From Terrimicrobiaceae bacterium (lineage in GTDB: Bacteria > Verrucomicrobiota > Verrucomicrobiia > Chthoniobacterales > Terrimicrobiaceae): DNA of 64,000 nt. Under the pieces are notes generated by a model that was given only the letters and a program-made list of their open reading frames with translations, ran no database searches and was not told the origin of the DNA. The translations under genes were made by a program, and so were the position numbers. The stretch is from positions 1 to 64,000 of the forward strand of contig JBIIPZ010000011.1 in NCBI GenBank assembly GCA_044342325.1, read 5' to 3'. Below, in pieces: positions 9,678 to 18,360 of this stretch (within the stretch, counting starts at the first letter, position 1; each line of letters begins with the position of its first letter).

Positions 9678-10457
9678 TCAATTCGCTGCCGGGGCCACCG
9701 TGGCAGAAATATTGTCAATCCATCCCGAGCCTTCCGAGTCTTGCTCGCCCGTGCGAACGAAGACCTCATCCCAAGTCGTGGGGTCGGTGGCAAAGAAGCC
9801 GGCGAGATTGCGGGCGGTTCCCTCTTTGCCAATGAAGAGCGGCTGGAACTCGGTGTCGCTGATTTTAGAATCCCCTTGGCTCAAATCTTTCGCTGACACG
9901 CCAACGAGTTCTTTTGTGGCAAGATTAATGTCCACTTTGATTCGATACCAGTTTGTGGCAGTGGCGAAGAAACCCGCATTTGGAGCAGTAAAAATCCAAT
10001 GCGTCGCGCCGTAGTCCTCCAAGCGGAGAAAGAACGCGCCTTTGTTGATTCCAACATGGGCCGCGCCTTTGGAGGCGGATGCGCCAAATCCCACAGCGGC
10101 GGTGCAGGAACTACCAGTATCGCGCTGGGTATCGAACTCGTAGGAGAAAATGCCAGATGCCGGAAGTTTAAAAGGGTCCCTCTTGAGCTCGGCGGCCGTT
10201 GCGTCTTTGGTGGCTAAGAGATTCTTCGCCACGGCAGGAGTGGTGTTGATGCCTTTGGGGAGCGTGGAAATAGAAGGAGAATTCGGAACTCCCGCGCGGG
10301 CCCAACCCTCCTGACCGATTAAATTGGCATCGGTATTGTAAGAGTTGAAGTCTTCGGAGTAGACCGGAGTGGACGCCATGACCTGCGAGGCAACAGCAAT
10401 TGTTGCCACTGCAGCAAGGGCACAAACGGGGAGTATATTGGGGCTGTATGTGATCAT
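9678..10457 (-). CDS. Secreted hypothetical protein (beta-sandwich/lectin-like)
   Basis: Start reassigned to ATG 10457: signal peptide MITYSPNILPVCALAAVATIAVASQVMA, then VYSEDFNSY...LIGQEGW and C-terminal GWIDNISAT. Confidence 0.7.
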   Translation of the reverse strand: MITYSPNILPVCALAAVATIAVASQVMASTPVYSEDFNSYNTDANLIGQEGWARAGVPNSPSISTLPKGINTTPAVAKNLLATKDATAAELKRDPFKLPASGIFSYEFDTQRDTGSSCTAAVGFGASASKGAAHVGINKGAFFLRLEDYGATHWIFTAPNAGFFATATNWYRIKVDINLATKELVGVSAKDLSQGDSKISDTEFQPLFIGKEGTARNLAGFFATDPTTWDEVFVRTGEQDSEGSGWIDNISATVAPAAN

Positions 10458-10552
10458 ATTGTATAGAGGTTTTTTTGATTTTGTTGAAAGCGGCGATGAG
10501 CGCCACAGTGAAAGAGATTCAATACCCGCGCCCGTGCAAACAAGGGTGAACT

Positions 10553-10592
10553 GTTTAAAAAAACGGACATCTGTTAAATAAAATGGACATTT
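10553..10592 (-). promoter_or_regulatory. Tandem 20-bp direct-repeat operator, copy 2
   Basis: + strand GTTTAAAAAAACGGACATCT GTTAAATAAAATGGACATTT upstream of ATG 10457. Confidence 0.75.
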
Positions 10593-10688
10593 CACGAGAA
10601 GAAGTGCGGATTGCGGAATTTCGACAAAATCACGGATAGCAAAATCATTTTTTAGATGGAGTGGAGCGCTGCCGCGCGATCCGGGATC

Positions 10689-10730
10689 CGGGGAGGGTTC
10701 ATCGTCCTCGTATGACCCATTTTTCAGCCG
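10689..10730. repeat. Partial copy of the repeat at 25981/26248
   Basis: GGGAGGGTTCATCGTCCTCGTATGACCCATTTTTCAGCCG versus GGGAGGGGCATCGTCCTCGCATGACCCATTTTCAACCACG near 26249. Confidence 0.7.
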
Positions 10731-10926
10731 CAATGCGGCGTCCAGGGGGACATGGCCATCATGGCTGCGCAGGCGCAAGGCGAGGTTTGATCATCGGCGG
10801 GGGTGCCACGCGGGTGTCTTTCACGGTCGGCGCCTCCAGCTCGTAGAGCCTGCGGGTCGGAGAGACGACCGTGCTCCCCTCTGGAGAGTAATGAAGTTTC
10901 GTTTATTTTAAAAAACGATTTATTGC

Positions 10927-10954
10927 TATATTGTTTACCTTGGGAAACAATATA
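10927..10954. promoter_or_regulatory. Palindromic operator-like site directly upstream of second AAA ATPase
   Basis: TATATTGTTT-accttggg-AAACAATATA, ending 3 nt before ATG 10958. Confidence 0.5.
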
Positions 10955-10957
10955 CTC

Positions 10958-12241
10958 ATGTCTGAAGCTGCCAAAGCGATCGTTGGGGAATGGTTGGAGC
11001 AGTTTTCCTTGCCGGAACTGGTGATCCGGGATGCCGAGCATCCCGACATCTCGAAGTTATCAGAAATCCTTGCTGTGGTCGGCCCCAGGCGCTCAGGAAA
11101 GACGTTTTTCTTTTTCCAACTGATTCGCGAACTGACCGAAAAACAAGGCATCCCGAGGGATCGGATTTTGTTTGTGGATTTTGAGGACTACCGGATGGCG
11201 TATTTGGGCGAGGATCCCGCCGGTGAGTTACTTTCGGCCTTTGAGCAACTGACAGGGCATGGGCCAGAGTATCTTTTTTTGGATGAGGTGCAGCAATTGC
11301 CGAATTGGAGCCGTGTGGTCCGCACGCTTCACAATCGGCGGGCCTTTAAAATCCTGATCAGCGGCAGCAATTCGGAGTTGCTGAGTCGCGAAGTTTCCAC
11401 CGAGTTGCGCGGTCGCTGTTTTGAGGTGGCGATGTTTCCGTTTTCCTTTTCGGAATTTCTACGCTTCAGAGAGATCGAGGTGAACCCAAGCATGATCCAC
11501 ACATCCGCCAAGGGTCGTATTCTCGGGGCCTTCGAGGACTACCTGAGCAGAGGCGGATTTCCCGGCGTGGCGGCGTGCGATTCCGCGATGGAGCGGCGGC
11601 GAATGCTGCAGGTATATTACCAGACGACCTACTACAAAGACATCTTGGAGCGCTATGATATTCGGGCCAAGGAGACGCTCTCCGCAATGATGCGCCATGC
11701 GGTGGATCAGGCCGGCGAGATGTTTTCCATCTCGGCTTTCACAAAGACACTCACGCAGCGCGGCATCGAGTGCAGCAAGCGCACGGTCGCGAATTACCTG
11801 ACTTATCTGGAGGAGGCGTTTTTTGTGATCCTGACGGAAAAGTTCGCCTACTCGCAGCGCCAGCGGACGGCGAATCAAGTGAAGTGCTATCTCTTCGACA
11901 CAGGCTTCAAACAACTGGCGGTGAATTTCTCGCCCAACAAAGGGAAGTTGCTCGAGAACCTTATCGCTATCGAACTGAGACGGCGGGGGAAGGAGTTTTT
12001 TTACTTTCGAGGCCGGGGAGAGTGCGACTTCATCGTCATGAACGGCGAGCGCCCGGACTCAGCAATTCAGGTGTGTTGGGAAATCCACGAGAGGAACCGC
12101 CAAAGGGAAGCGGGAGGTTTGCGCGAGGCCCTGAAAGAATTGAATTTGAGTGAGGGGTTGATCCTGAGCCATGAGGGAGGGAACGAGGTCGATGGAATCC
12201 CGCAGGCACCCGTGTGGCGCTGGCTGTTGGGATTTGAGTGA
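10958..12241 (+). CDS. AAA_14 ATPase with DUF4143 domain
   Basis: GPRRSGKT, LFLDEVQ, YLSRGGFP, KCYLFDTG, LLENLIAIEL, ECDFIV...AIQVCW. Confidence 0.88.
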   Translation: MSEAAKAIVGEWLEQFSLPELVIRDAEHPDISKLSEILAVVGPRRSGKTFFFFQLIRELTEKQGIPRDRILFVDFEDYRMAYLGEDPAGELLSAFEQLTGHGPEYLFLDEVQQLPNWSRVVRTLHNRRAFKILISGSNSELLSREVSTELRGRCFEVAMFPFSFSEFLRFREIEVNPSMIHTSAKGRILGAFEDYLSRGGFPGVAACDSAMERRRMLQVYYQTTYYKDILERYDIRAKETLSAMMRHAVDQAGEMFSISAFTKTLTQRGIECSKRTVANYLTYLEEAFFVILTEKFAYSQRQRTANQVKCYLFDTGFKQLAVNFSPNKGKLLENLIAIELRRRGKEFFYFRGRGECDFIVMNGERPDSAIQVCWEIHERNRQREAGGLREALKELNLSEGLILSHEGGNEVDGIPQAPVWRWLLGFE

Positions 12242-12353
12242 GGGTTCGGGGAAGTGTCGTTGAGTTTGGGACAGAGCGGCAGCAGGAGGTGATGTGATGT
12301 TTTGTGAGCTCCAGCATGATTTCTACAGTCACCAAGTTAGTCCGAGATCAACC

Positions 12354-12431
12354 CTACGAGGTCAGCTTTTTCAAATCTTGATACAACCACCAGAGGAAGA
12401 AGAGCGCGATGGCCGACCAGATGATGCTCAG
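12354..12431 (-). pseudogene. Possible C-terminal remnant of a deleted membrane protein
   Basis: Start-less frame LSIIWSAIALFFLWWLYQDLKKLTS-stop abutting the araD stop codon. Confidence 0.4.
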
Positions 12432-13129
12432 GATTTTTTCTGACCGTAGGTGGCGGTGGCGCCGTGCTTGCGTAGGAAATGTTTTTCCGAAAGGGCAAGT
12501 GCGGGCGGGGCGGCATCGGGGGCCAGCGTCAGGGCGTGGAATGCCATGTCGGCGACGATTTCGAGGGCGAGCGCGTTTTCAACGGCCTTTGCGGCCGAAG
12601 GTCCCCAAGCGAAAGGGCCGTGGTTGCGGACCAGCACGGCCGGGATGTCGTTTGGGTTGCTGTTTGCGAAGCGTTCGACAATCACCTTGCCGGTTTCCCA
12701 TTCATAGGCCGAAGCGATTTCCTCGGGTGTGAGGGCTCGGGTGAGCGGGACGGGTCCCCGGAAATAATCCGCATGCGTCGTGCCGAGCAAAGGAATCTCC
12801 CGCGCCGCCTGCGCGAAGGCCACAGCCTTGCGCGAGTGGGTGTGCACGACCGAGCGGATGTCGGAAAATGCCAAAAACAAACACCGGTGCGTGGGAGTGT
12901 CGGAGGAAGGGTTGAGTGTGCCTTCCACGACCTTGCCGTCAAAGTCAACGATCACCATGTCATCCGGCGTGAGAGCGGAGTAATCAACCCCGCTGGGTTT
13001 GATGGCCAGCACGCCGGTCTGCCTGTCGCAGACGCTCACATTGCCGAAGGTGAGGTCGACAAGGCCGCTTGTCGGCAGGCTTTTGTTGGCGGCGCAGCAT
13101 TCTTCGCGGATGTCTGAAAATCGTTGCAT
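12428..13129 (-). CDS. araD: L-ribulose-5-phosphate 4-epimerase (class II aldolase family)
   Basis: LVDLTFGNVS, IKPSGVDY, PSSDTPTH, VVHTHS, GTTHADYF, NHGPFAWG, KHFLRKHGATATYGQ. Confidence 0.9.
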   Translation of the reverse strand: MQRFSDIREECCAANKSLPTSGLVDLTFGNVSVCDRQTGVLAIKPSGVDYSALTPDDMVIVDFDGKVVEGTLNPSSDTPTHRCLFLAFSDIRSVVHTHSRKAVAFAQAAREIPLLGTTHADYFRGPVPLTRALTPEEIASAYEWETGKVIVERFANSNPNDIPAVLVRNHGPFAWGPSAAKAVENALALEIVADMAFHALTLAPDAAPPALALSEKHFLRKHGATATYGQKKS

Positions 13130-13140
13130 GGAGTTTGATT

Positions 13141-14184
13141 TTACAGGCCCAGCAAGCGCACGGCGTTTTGATGGAGGATCTTGGCGGCGATGTCCTCGGG
13201 CAGGCCGAGACCGTGGATTTCAAATGGCGCGATGATGCGTTTGAAGGGCGGCGATGTTTGGATTTTCGACGAGGTGATGAAATCGATGTTGGAGATGTTG
13301 AATGCTGCGGTCGTCTCGATGTAGCGCTCCCTCGGGTCGGCGCCATTGAGCGGAATTTCGCCCGGTTGATAGAGAATCTGAGCCTGCTGGCCGGTCGGGA
13401 CATTGGTGTCGTCAAAGATCACATCGGTGCCGAAAAAAATGCGGTCGGCGTAGGTCGTGAAAAACTCGCGCGTGTGGGCGGCGCGGCGGGCGCTGCGGGC
13501 GAGTTCCGGGACGCGTGCCGAGAAATCATAGACGATGTTCGGGTGCGCATCGAGGTCCTCGGCGGCGCAGTCAAGGGAGTAGGCTTTTTCGGCGCAATGC
13601 GGGAAAATGAAGGTCGTGCTGCGATGGCGCGCCACCATTGCAATGCGGTCGCCGAGCAACTCGTTGGCTGAAGGCTGACCCGTGTTGTAATAGGTCCACC
13701 AGGCGTATTCGCCGTAGAGGACGCCATTCCAGAAATTGAATTCATTCACCGGTTCCCAAAAGTTTGGCGGGTCGGCGCTGTGGATGAGCACCGGGATTCC
13801 CAATTCCCCGGCTTTCGCCCAGATGGGATCGAGTTCCGAATCGCTTGGGCGCCAGTAGCGGCCATCGGGGCGGCGGTAGCCGAGGCCAAGAGCCTTGAAA
13901 ACCTTCAGCCCGCGCATGCCTGCGGCATAATCGCGTTCCATCTGCGCTGCGGCGGTCTTGCCGAAATCTGGCTCATTGATGCGGCTGAAGTCGACATTGC
14001 CAAAGGTGATGAAGCGCCCCGGGTATTTTGCAAAAGCATCGATGTGGCGTTGCAGTCCCTCACCGAAGCCATCATGCCACGCCAGCACGACGGAGAGTTC
14101 GATCCCGCTGCGGTCCATCGCCGCGACGGCGAGGTCGGCATAGTGCGGGAACACATGGGTGTGAATGTCGATGACGCGTGGCAT
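13141..14184 (-). CDS. Amidohydrolase family (Amidohydro_2) protein, possible sugar lactonase
   Basis: VIDIHTHV, GMRGLK, PVLIHSADP, FIFPH, RIFFGTD, ILHQNAVRLL; start reassigned to ATG 14184. Confidence 0.85.
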   Translation of the reverse strand: MPRVIDIHTHVFPHYADLAVAAMDRSGIELSVVLAWHDGFGEGLQRHIDAFAKYPGRFITFGNVDFSRINEPDFGKTAAAQMERDYAAGMRGLKVFKALGLGYRRPDGRYWRPSDSELDPIWAKAGELGIPVLIHSADPPNFWEPVNEFNFWNGVLYGEYAWWTYYNTGQPSANELLGDRIAMVARHRSTTFIFPHCAEKAYSLDCAAEDLDAHPNIVYDFSARVPELARSARRAAHTREFFTTYADRIFFGTDVIFDDTNVPTGQQAQILYQPGEIPLNGADPRERYIETTAAFNISNIDFITSSKIQTSPPFKRIIAPFEIHGLGLPEDIAAKILHQNAVRLLGL

Positions 14185-14188
14185 GGAT

Positions 14189-14500
14189 TCAGTAGTTGAG
14201 GTTTTCGTAGAACTCGATTTTGACGGATTTGAAAAATTCCGACTGTTTGGCGAAGAGTTCCTCGTGCGTGTCGTCGGCGGCAAAGGCATCGAGCGCCTTG
14301 CGGGCCTCGTCGAGGCTGGCGAACTCGCCTTGCCACACGAGCGTGTTGCAGGGCTCGCTGCTGGAGATAGGCTTCATGCGTTTACCTTGCGGAAGGTCGG
14401 GGCGGGAATGTTCGAGGGCGGCGAAGCGGCGTTCGAGTTCAAGGAATTCCTTTTCCTTACGGACATCGAACTGCTGGAGGATGCGCATGGTGACAGACAT
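14189..14500 (-). CDS. Small hypothetical protein (NIPSNAP-like dimeric alpha/beta barrel)
   Basis: 103-aa ORF packed in the operon with 4-15 nt gaps; NTLVWQGEFASLDEARKA pattern. Confidence 0.7.
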   Translation of the reverse strand: MSVTMRILQQFDVRKEKEFLELERRFAALEHSRPDLPQGKRMKPISSSEPCNTLVWQGEFASLDEARKALDAFAADDTHEELFAKQSEFFKSVKIEFYENLNY

Positions 14501-14515
14501 GGTGGTGTGTTGGGT

Positions 14516-15535
14516 TTATTGGAGAAATTGTTGAACGGCGGCAGGCACGCTGAGGCCGTGGCTGGCAGCAAAGTCGCGCAACGCGTGGCGATCGATATCC
14601 GGGTGGATCGTGTGGGCGCTGGTGACCGACATGGCTCCGGCGAGAATGCCGATCCATTGCGCATCGGCGAGGGCAAGTCCTGCGGCGAGACCCGCGAGAA
14701 TGCCGGAGAAGTGAGCGTCGCCCGCGCCAGCGGCACTTTGGACCTCGACCTTCGGCGTGGTGATGAAATGGAGGGCACAACCATCGAAAGTCCAACTGCC
14801 CGTTGCTCCGGCGGTGATCGAGAGTTTCAGTTGCGGGAATTGAGGCCCGAGACGGGAGGCGATTTTTTCAACGATGGTCGCAGGATCCCCTTAGGCACTG
14901 GTTTGCGCGAGGCTGGCGGCTTCATCGAGATTGATGGCCAGGAGGTCCACCCGCGAGAGCAGCGAGGACTCGCGCACCGTCGACATTTCTTCGGAGGAAA
15001 ACGACGACGCCCGCAGGAAGCCATGTTGATGCGCGAGGTCGAGAAGTTCCAGACGCGCGGCGAGCGGAACCTCCGGCACTGCCAGCGCGATGCCTCGCCC
15101 GGCGTATTGGGCAAAGTGCGGCGCGGCTTTTTGAATATCCGCCGGAGTCACGCGTCCGCTGGCGGAGTCGGTGACGGTGAGATTCCCGCCCGAGCCATCG
15201 GGATAGAGGAGGCAAATGCAATCGAGCGTTTGCTCGCCGGGCATGATGGCGGCGTGCGAGACATCGAGGCCCTCGGCGCGCATTTCCTCCACCAGCCTGC
15301 GTCCGGCGGCATCATCCCCTACTCTGCCCACCGGCAGGGTTTTGAAATCCCCGCCCACCAGGCGTTGCACATAATGGCTGATGATATGCAGCTTGCAGTA
15401 GTCGCGGCGGTCGAGAAATTGCCCTCCCCGACTCTCCTCGCGGCCGAGCGTGTGGTTTCCACTCAACGCGAAAAATGTTCCGGTGCCGATACCTCCGGTG
15501 CCGATCATGGCATCGTATTTTCGAGTTGGGTTCAT
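14516..15535 (-). pseudogene. PfkB/ribokinase-family sugar kinase interrupted by in-frame TAA at 14891-14893
   Basis: N-part has VGRVGDDAAG and LLAINLDEA; the same frame continues after TAA with SITAGATGSW...VQSAAGAGDAHFSG to a stop at 14516. Confidence 0.85.
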
Positions 15536-15549
15536 GGTGCCCGTATCGA

Positions 15550-16440
15550 TTAAAGTCCCAAGTCCCACTCGGGATGGATGCTCACGGGATGTGTGGCGGT
15601 TTCCAAAGTGGCCGTGACGAGGGCGTCGGGATGCTCTTGCAACAGGGTCATCGGATACTCCGGCGTCGGTTCACTGAAGAGGGCCACGCGCAGCGCGGTT
15701 TGTTTCCAAGCCCCGGTGTCGCTGAAGAGACGCACTTTTTTTGCCGAGAGGCATTCCTTGAGGCCAAGGGTCACGCTCATCGGCGGCACAAACTGGTAGG
15801 CGCAGCCGAAGGTGCGCTGGGCGAGCGCGATGATAGTATCGAGGTTATTGTCCTGAACACGCACGCTGCAATTGCGAAGGTCGTCGAGCGAAAGCGAACT
15901 GAAGGGATGACGCCGCGCCTGGTTGTAGGCGATGTGGCCGTCCTGCCCCCAACCGCCGTAGGTGATGTCGATCGGCGCACGGGCGATCTCATCGGCGATT
16001 TGCTGAAAGTTCGTCGCATTCGGCCACCAGCGGTTTTCCTCGGGCGTGAGCAAGGCGGGCTGGATCGGCCCGTAGAACTCGCGCTCCATGAATCCGCGAA
16101 AACTGTAGGGATGATTGCGCGGCAACTCGCGGCCCTGCCAGTCGAGGCATTCGTCCATGTGGAACACCGTGACATTGCGCAGGCTGATCTGCTCGCGGTT
16201 CACGACTTCGGCAAAAGGCTTATACCAGCAGGCCGGACCACAGGGAATGATCGCGCGGGTCGGCAGGTTTTTTGCGTTGTTGCCCGCGATGAGGTCCGCA
16301 AGCTCGCGGGCCATGAGGGCACCCATCGCCGCCGAATCGGCAGCAATGCGGAAAGGCACTTTGCGGGCCGCATGTTTTTCAAGTTCGCTGGCTGGAATGC
16401 GGCACCAGCCGTGGAGTTGTTTGGCAGTGACGGTGTTCAT
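15550..16440 (-). CDS. NagB/glucosamine-6-phosphate isomerase-like protein
   Basis: IIPCGP, TVFHMDE, HPYSFRGFM, GGWGQDGHIAYN, SVTLGLKE, YPMTLLQEHPDA. Confidence 0.82.
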   Translation of the reverse strand: MNTVTAKQLHGWCRIPASELEKHAARKVPFRIAADSAAMGALMARELADLIAGNNAKNLPTRAIIPCGPACWYKPFAEVVNREQISLRNVTVFHMDECLDWQGRELPRNHPYSFRGFMEREFYGPIQPALLTPEENRWWPNATNFQQIADEIARAPIDITYGGWGQDGHIAYNQARRHPFSSLSLDDLRNCSVRVQDNNLDTIIALAQRTFGCAYQFVPPMSVTLGLKECLSAKKVRLFSDTGAWKQTALRVALFSEPTPEYPMTLLQEHPDALVTATLETATHPVSIHPEWDLGL

Positions 16441-16529
16441 TAATAACGAGGTTTTTTAGACAGAATTTATAGAATTAACGGGAACGGACGCGGCACCTGT
16501 GAAGAATCTTGCGATTATCATCCTTGACG
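16438..16529. repeat. About 90-bp direct repeat A (downstream side of SGNH gene)
   Basis: CATTAATAACGAGGTTTTTTAGACAGAATTTATAGAATTAACGGGAACGGACGCGG...TCATCCTTGACG; matches 17262-17351. Confidence 0.85.
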
Positions 16530-17264
16530 AAAATCGGGGCCTGAAATTCTTGCCGAGCGCCAGTCGATTTCCGAGAGCTTGGCAAACCAGCTCGCGGCCA
16601 GACGGCGGGTGCCCGCCTCGGTGAGGTGGACGCCATCCTCGACATGCGTGTCCGGCGTTTGACCGGCAGGAGTGTGATCGGCATACGCACAAGCGAAGCC
16701 CTCCGCTGCCCGGCGGGTAGCGGCTTCGCGGAGGAGCGCATTGTAGGCATTCACCCGATCCGTGATGTCATCCGGAACCAAAGTTCCCCAGGGCTTCAAA
16801 CCTGGCAGAATCGGCATGATGCCACCGACCAACAAGGCAGGCTTCGTCGCGGATTGAAGGATGAGGTCCATCAGTTCCTCGGTGAGTGTTGCACAAGCCG
16901 AAGGATCGCCCAGATACATGTCATTGGTGCCGATGAGCAACAAGACAAGGTCCGGACGATGACGCTCGAGCGTTTCCGGCAAAGGGCTGTTTTCGGAGTT
17001 CTCCGTTTTGGCTCCATCGCGGATCATTTGAATTCGGAATCCGGAGTGCCCTTCGTGAAACGGTTGCTGCATGCCCTCGGAATTGAGCTGCGAACCACCG
17101 ACAAACAAAAACTCCCAACCCGCATCGCGCAGATGCGCCTGCAGCGGCCTGCGATAACCACCGGGGAAGCCCCCTCCATTGGTGATCGAGTCGCCGATGC
17201 AGAGGATGCGCACGGGAGCTTGGTCGGGTGTGGCGGATGCGGACATGAGATGAGATGCAGACAT
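16518..17264 (-). CDS. SGNH/GDSL hydrolase (carbohydrate esterase CE3-like)
   Basis: ILCIGDSIT, FHEGHSG, LLIGTND, DGVHL. Confidence 0.9.
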   Translation of the reverse strand: MSASHLMSASATPDQAPVRILCIGDSITNGGGFPGGYRRPLQAHLRDAGWEFLFVGGSQLNSEGMQQPFHEGHSGFRIQMIRDGAKTENSENSPLPETLERHRPDLVLLLIGTNDMYLGDPSACATLTEELMDLILQSATKPALLVGGIMPILPGLKPWGTLVPDDITDRVNAYNALLREAATRRAAEGFACAYADHTPAGQTPDTHVEDGVHLTEAGTRRLAASWFAKLSEIDWRSARISGPDFRQG

Positions 17265-17351
17265 GAATAACGGGTTTTTGGACAGAATTTACAGGATTAA
17301 CGGCAACGGACGCGGGAACAGCAAGCGATCTCGCGCTTGTCATCCTTGCCG
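17262..17351. repeat. About 90-bp direct repeat B (upstream side of SGNH gene)
   Basis: CATGAATAACGGGTTTTTGGACAGAATTTACAGGATTAACGGCAACGGACGCGG...TCATCCTTGCCG. Confidence 0.85.
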
Positions 17352-17386
17352 CCGAGCAGTGAGTTAAAGTTTATGGAAATAGACTA

Positions 17387-18346
17387 TCAACCCTTCGGGT
17401 AATTCACGGGATTGAGTGGCGGGCGGCCTTGCAGGACTTCGGCGACATTGCGGGCGCAGGTTAGGCGCGCTTGCTTGCGGCTTTCGACCGTGCCGCCGCC
17501 GATGTGCGGACTGAAGACGACATTTTTTTGTGCAAGGAGACCGGGATGAATTTGCGGCTCGTTCTCGGCGACATCCATGCCGGCGCCGCCGAGATGGCCG
17601 CTGGCCAGGGCCGCAGCGAGCGCGTTTTCATCGATCACCGGACCGCGTGCCATGTTGAGCACGAACGCTCCGCGTTTCATAAGAGCGATGCTTTGCGCAT
17701 TGAGAAGGTGACGCGTTGCGGGCACCAAGGGGCAATTCAGGCTCACCACATCGGATTCGGCGAGCAAGGCCTCGAGCGTGCGATAGCGGGGATCATTTTG
17801 TCCGCTGGTGTTGTGGAAAATGACGCGCATGCCGAAAGCTTCGGCGCGCTTGGCCACTCCACGGCCGATTTGGCCGAAGCCAACGATGCCGATGGTTTTG
17901 CCGCCGAGAAGCATGCCATCCCACGGACCGGGTTGGAATCCATCCTTGGCCCATTGGCCTGAGCGCACATAGGCATCGGCTTCGGGCACACGGCGGGCGA
18001 CTGCGAGCAGCAGCGCGATGGTATGATCGGCTGCTGGCTCGCTGAAGGGATCGGGGCAGTTGCTGGCCCAAACCCCCGCTTCATCGAGTGCGGCGATGTC
18101 GAGGTTGTTGTAGCCGATGGCCACATTCGCAACGATGCGCAGCTTCGGTGCTGCAGCGAGGAGTTCCCGGTTCACCGCGAGTTCGTGCTGGTTGATGATG
18201 CCGACAAGCTCGGGCGCGAGGGCGAGAACCTCCTCGCGAGTGCACATCGGCCCACCGGAGGGGCCTTTGATGATTTCCGCCAACCCGAGCAACGGCTCCA
18301 GATGGTCGTCGGGGACATGGTTTGTGATGAGAACCTTTGGTTTCAT
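17387..18346 (-). CDS. D-isomer-specific 2-hydroxyacid dehydrogenase (GhrB/glyoxylate reductase-like)
   Basis: VAIGYNNLD, GIVGFGQIG, SDVVSLNCPL, NMARGPVIDE, SPHIGG. Confidence 0.92.
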   Translation of the reverse strand: MKPKVLITNHVPDDHLEPLLGLAEIIKGPSGGPMCTREEVLALAPELVGIINQHELAVNRELLAAAPKLRIVANVAIGYNNLDIAALDEAGVWASNCPDPFSEPAADHTIALLLAVARRVPEADAYVRSGQWAKDGFQPGPWDGMLLGGKTIGIVGFGQIGRGVAKRAEAFGMRVIFHNTSGQNDPRYRTLEALLAESDVVSLNCPLVPATRHLLNAQSIALMKRGAFVLNMARGPVIDENALAAALASGHLGGAGMDVAENEPQIHPGLLAQKNVVFSPHIGGGTVESRKQARLTCARNVAEVLQGRPPLNPVNYPKG

Positions 18347-18360
18347 GGCTGGATGAGAAA

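Noticed and set aside
14891..14893. Programmed readthrough (Sec/Pyl) in the PfkB gene
   Set aside because: The codon is TAA, not TGA or TAG, and TAA terminates many other genes in the window
14165..16443. Long plus-strand ORFs (462 and 322 aa)
   Set aside because: Antisense to recognisable operon genes, with no motifs of their own
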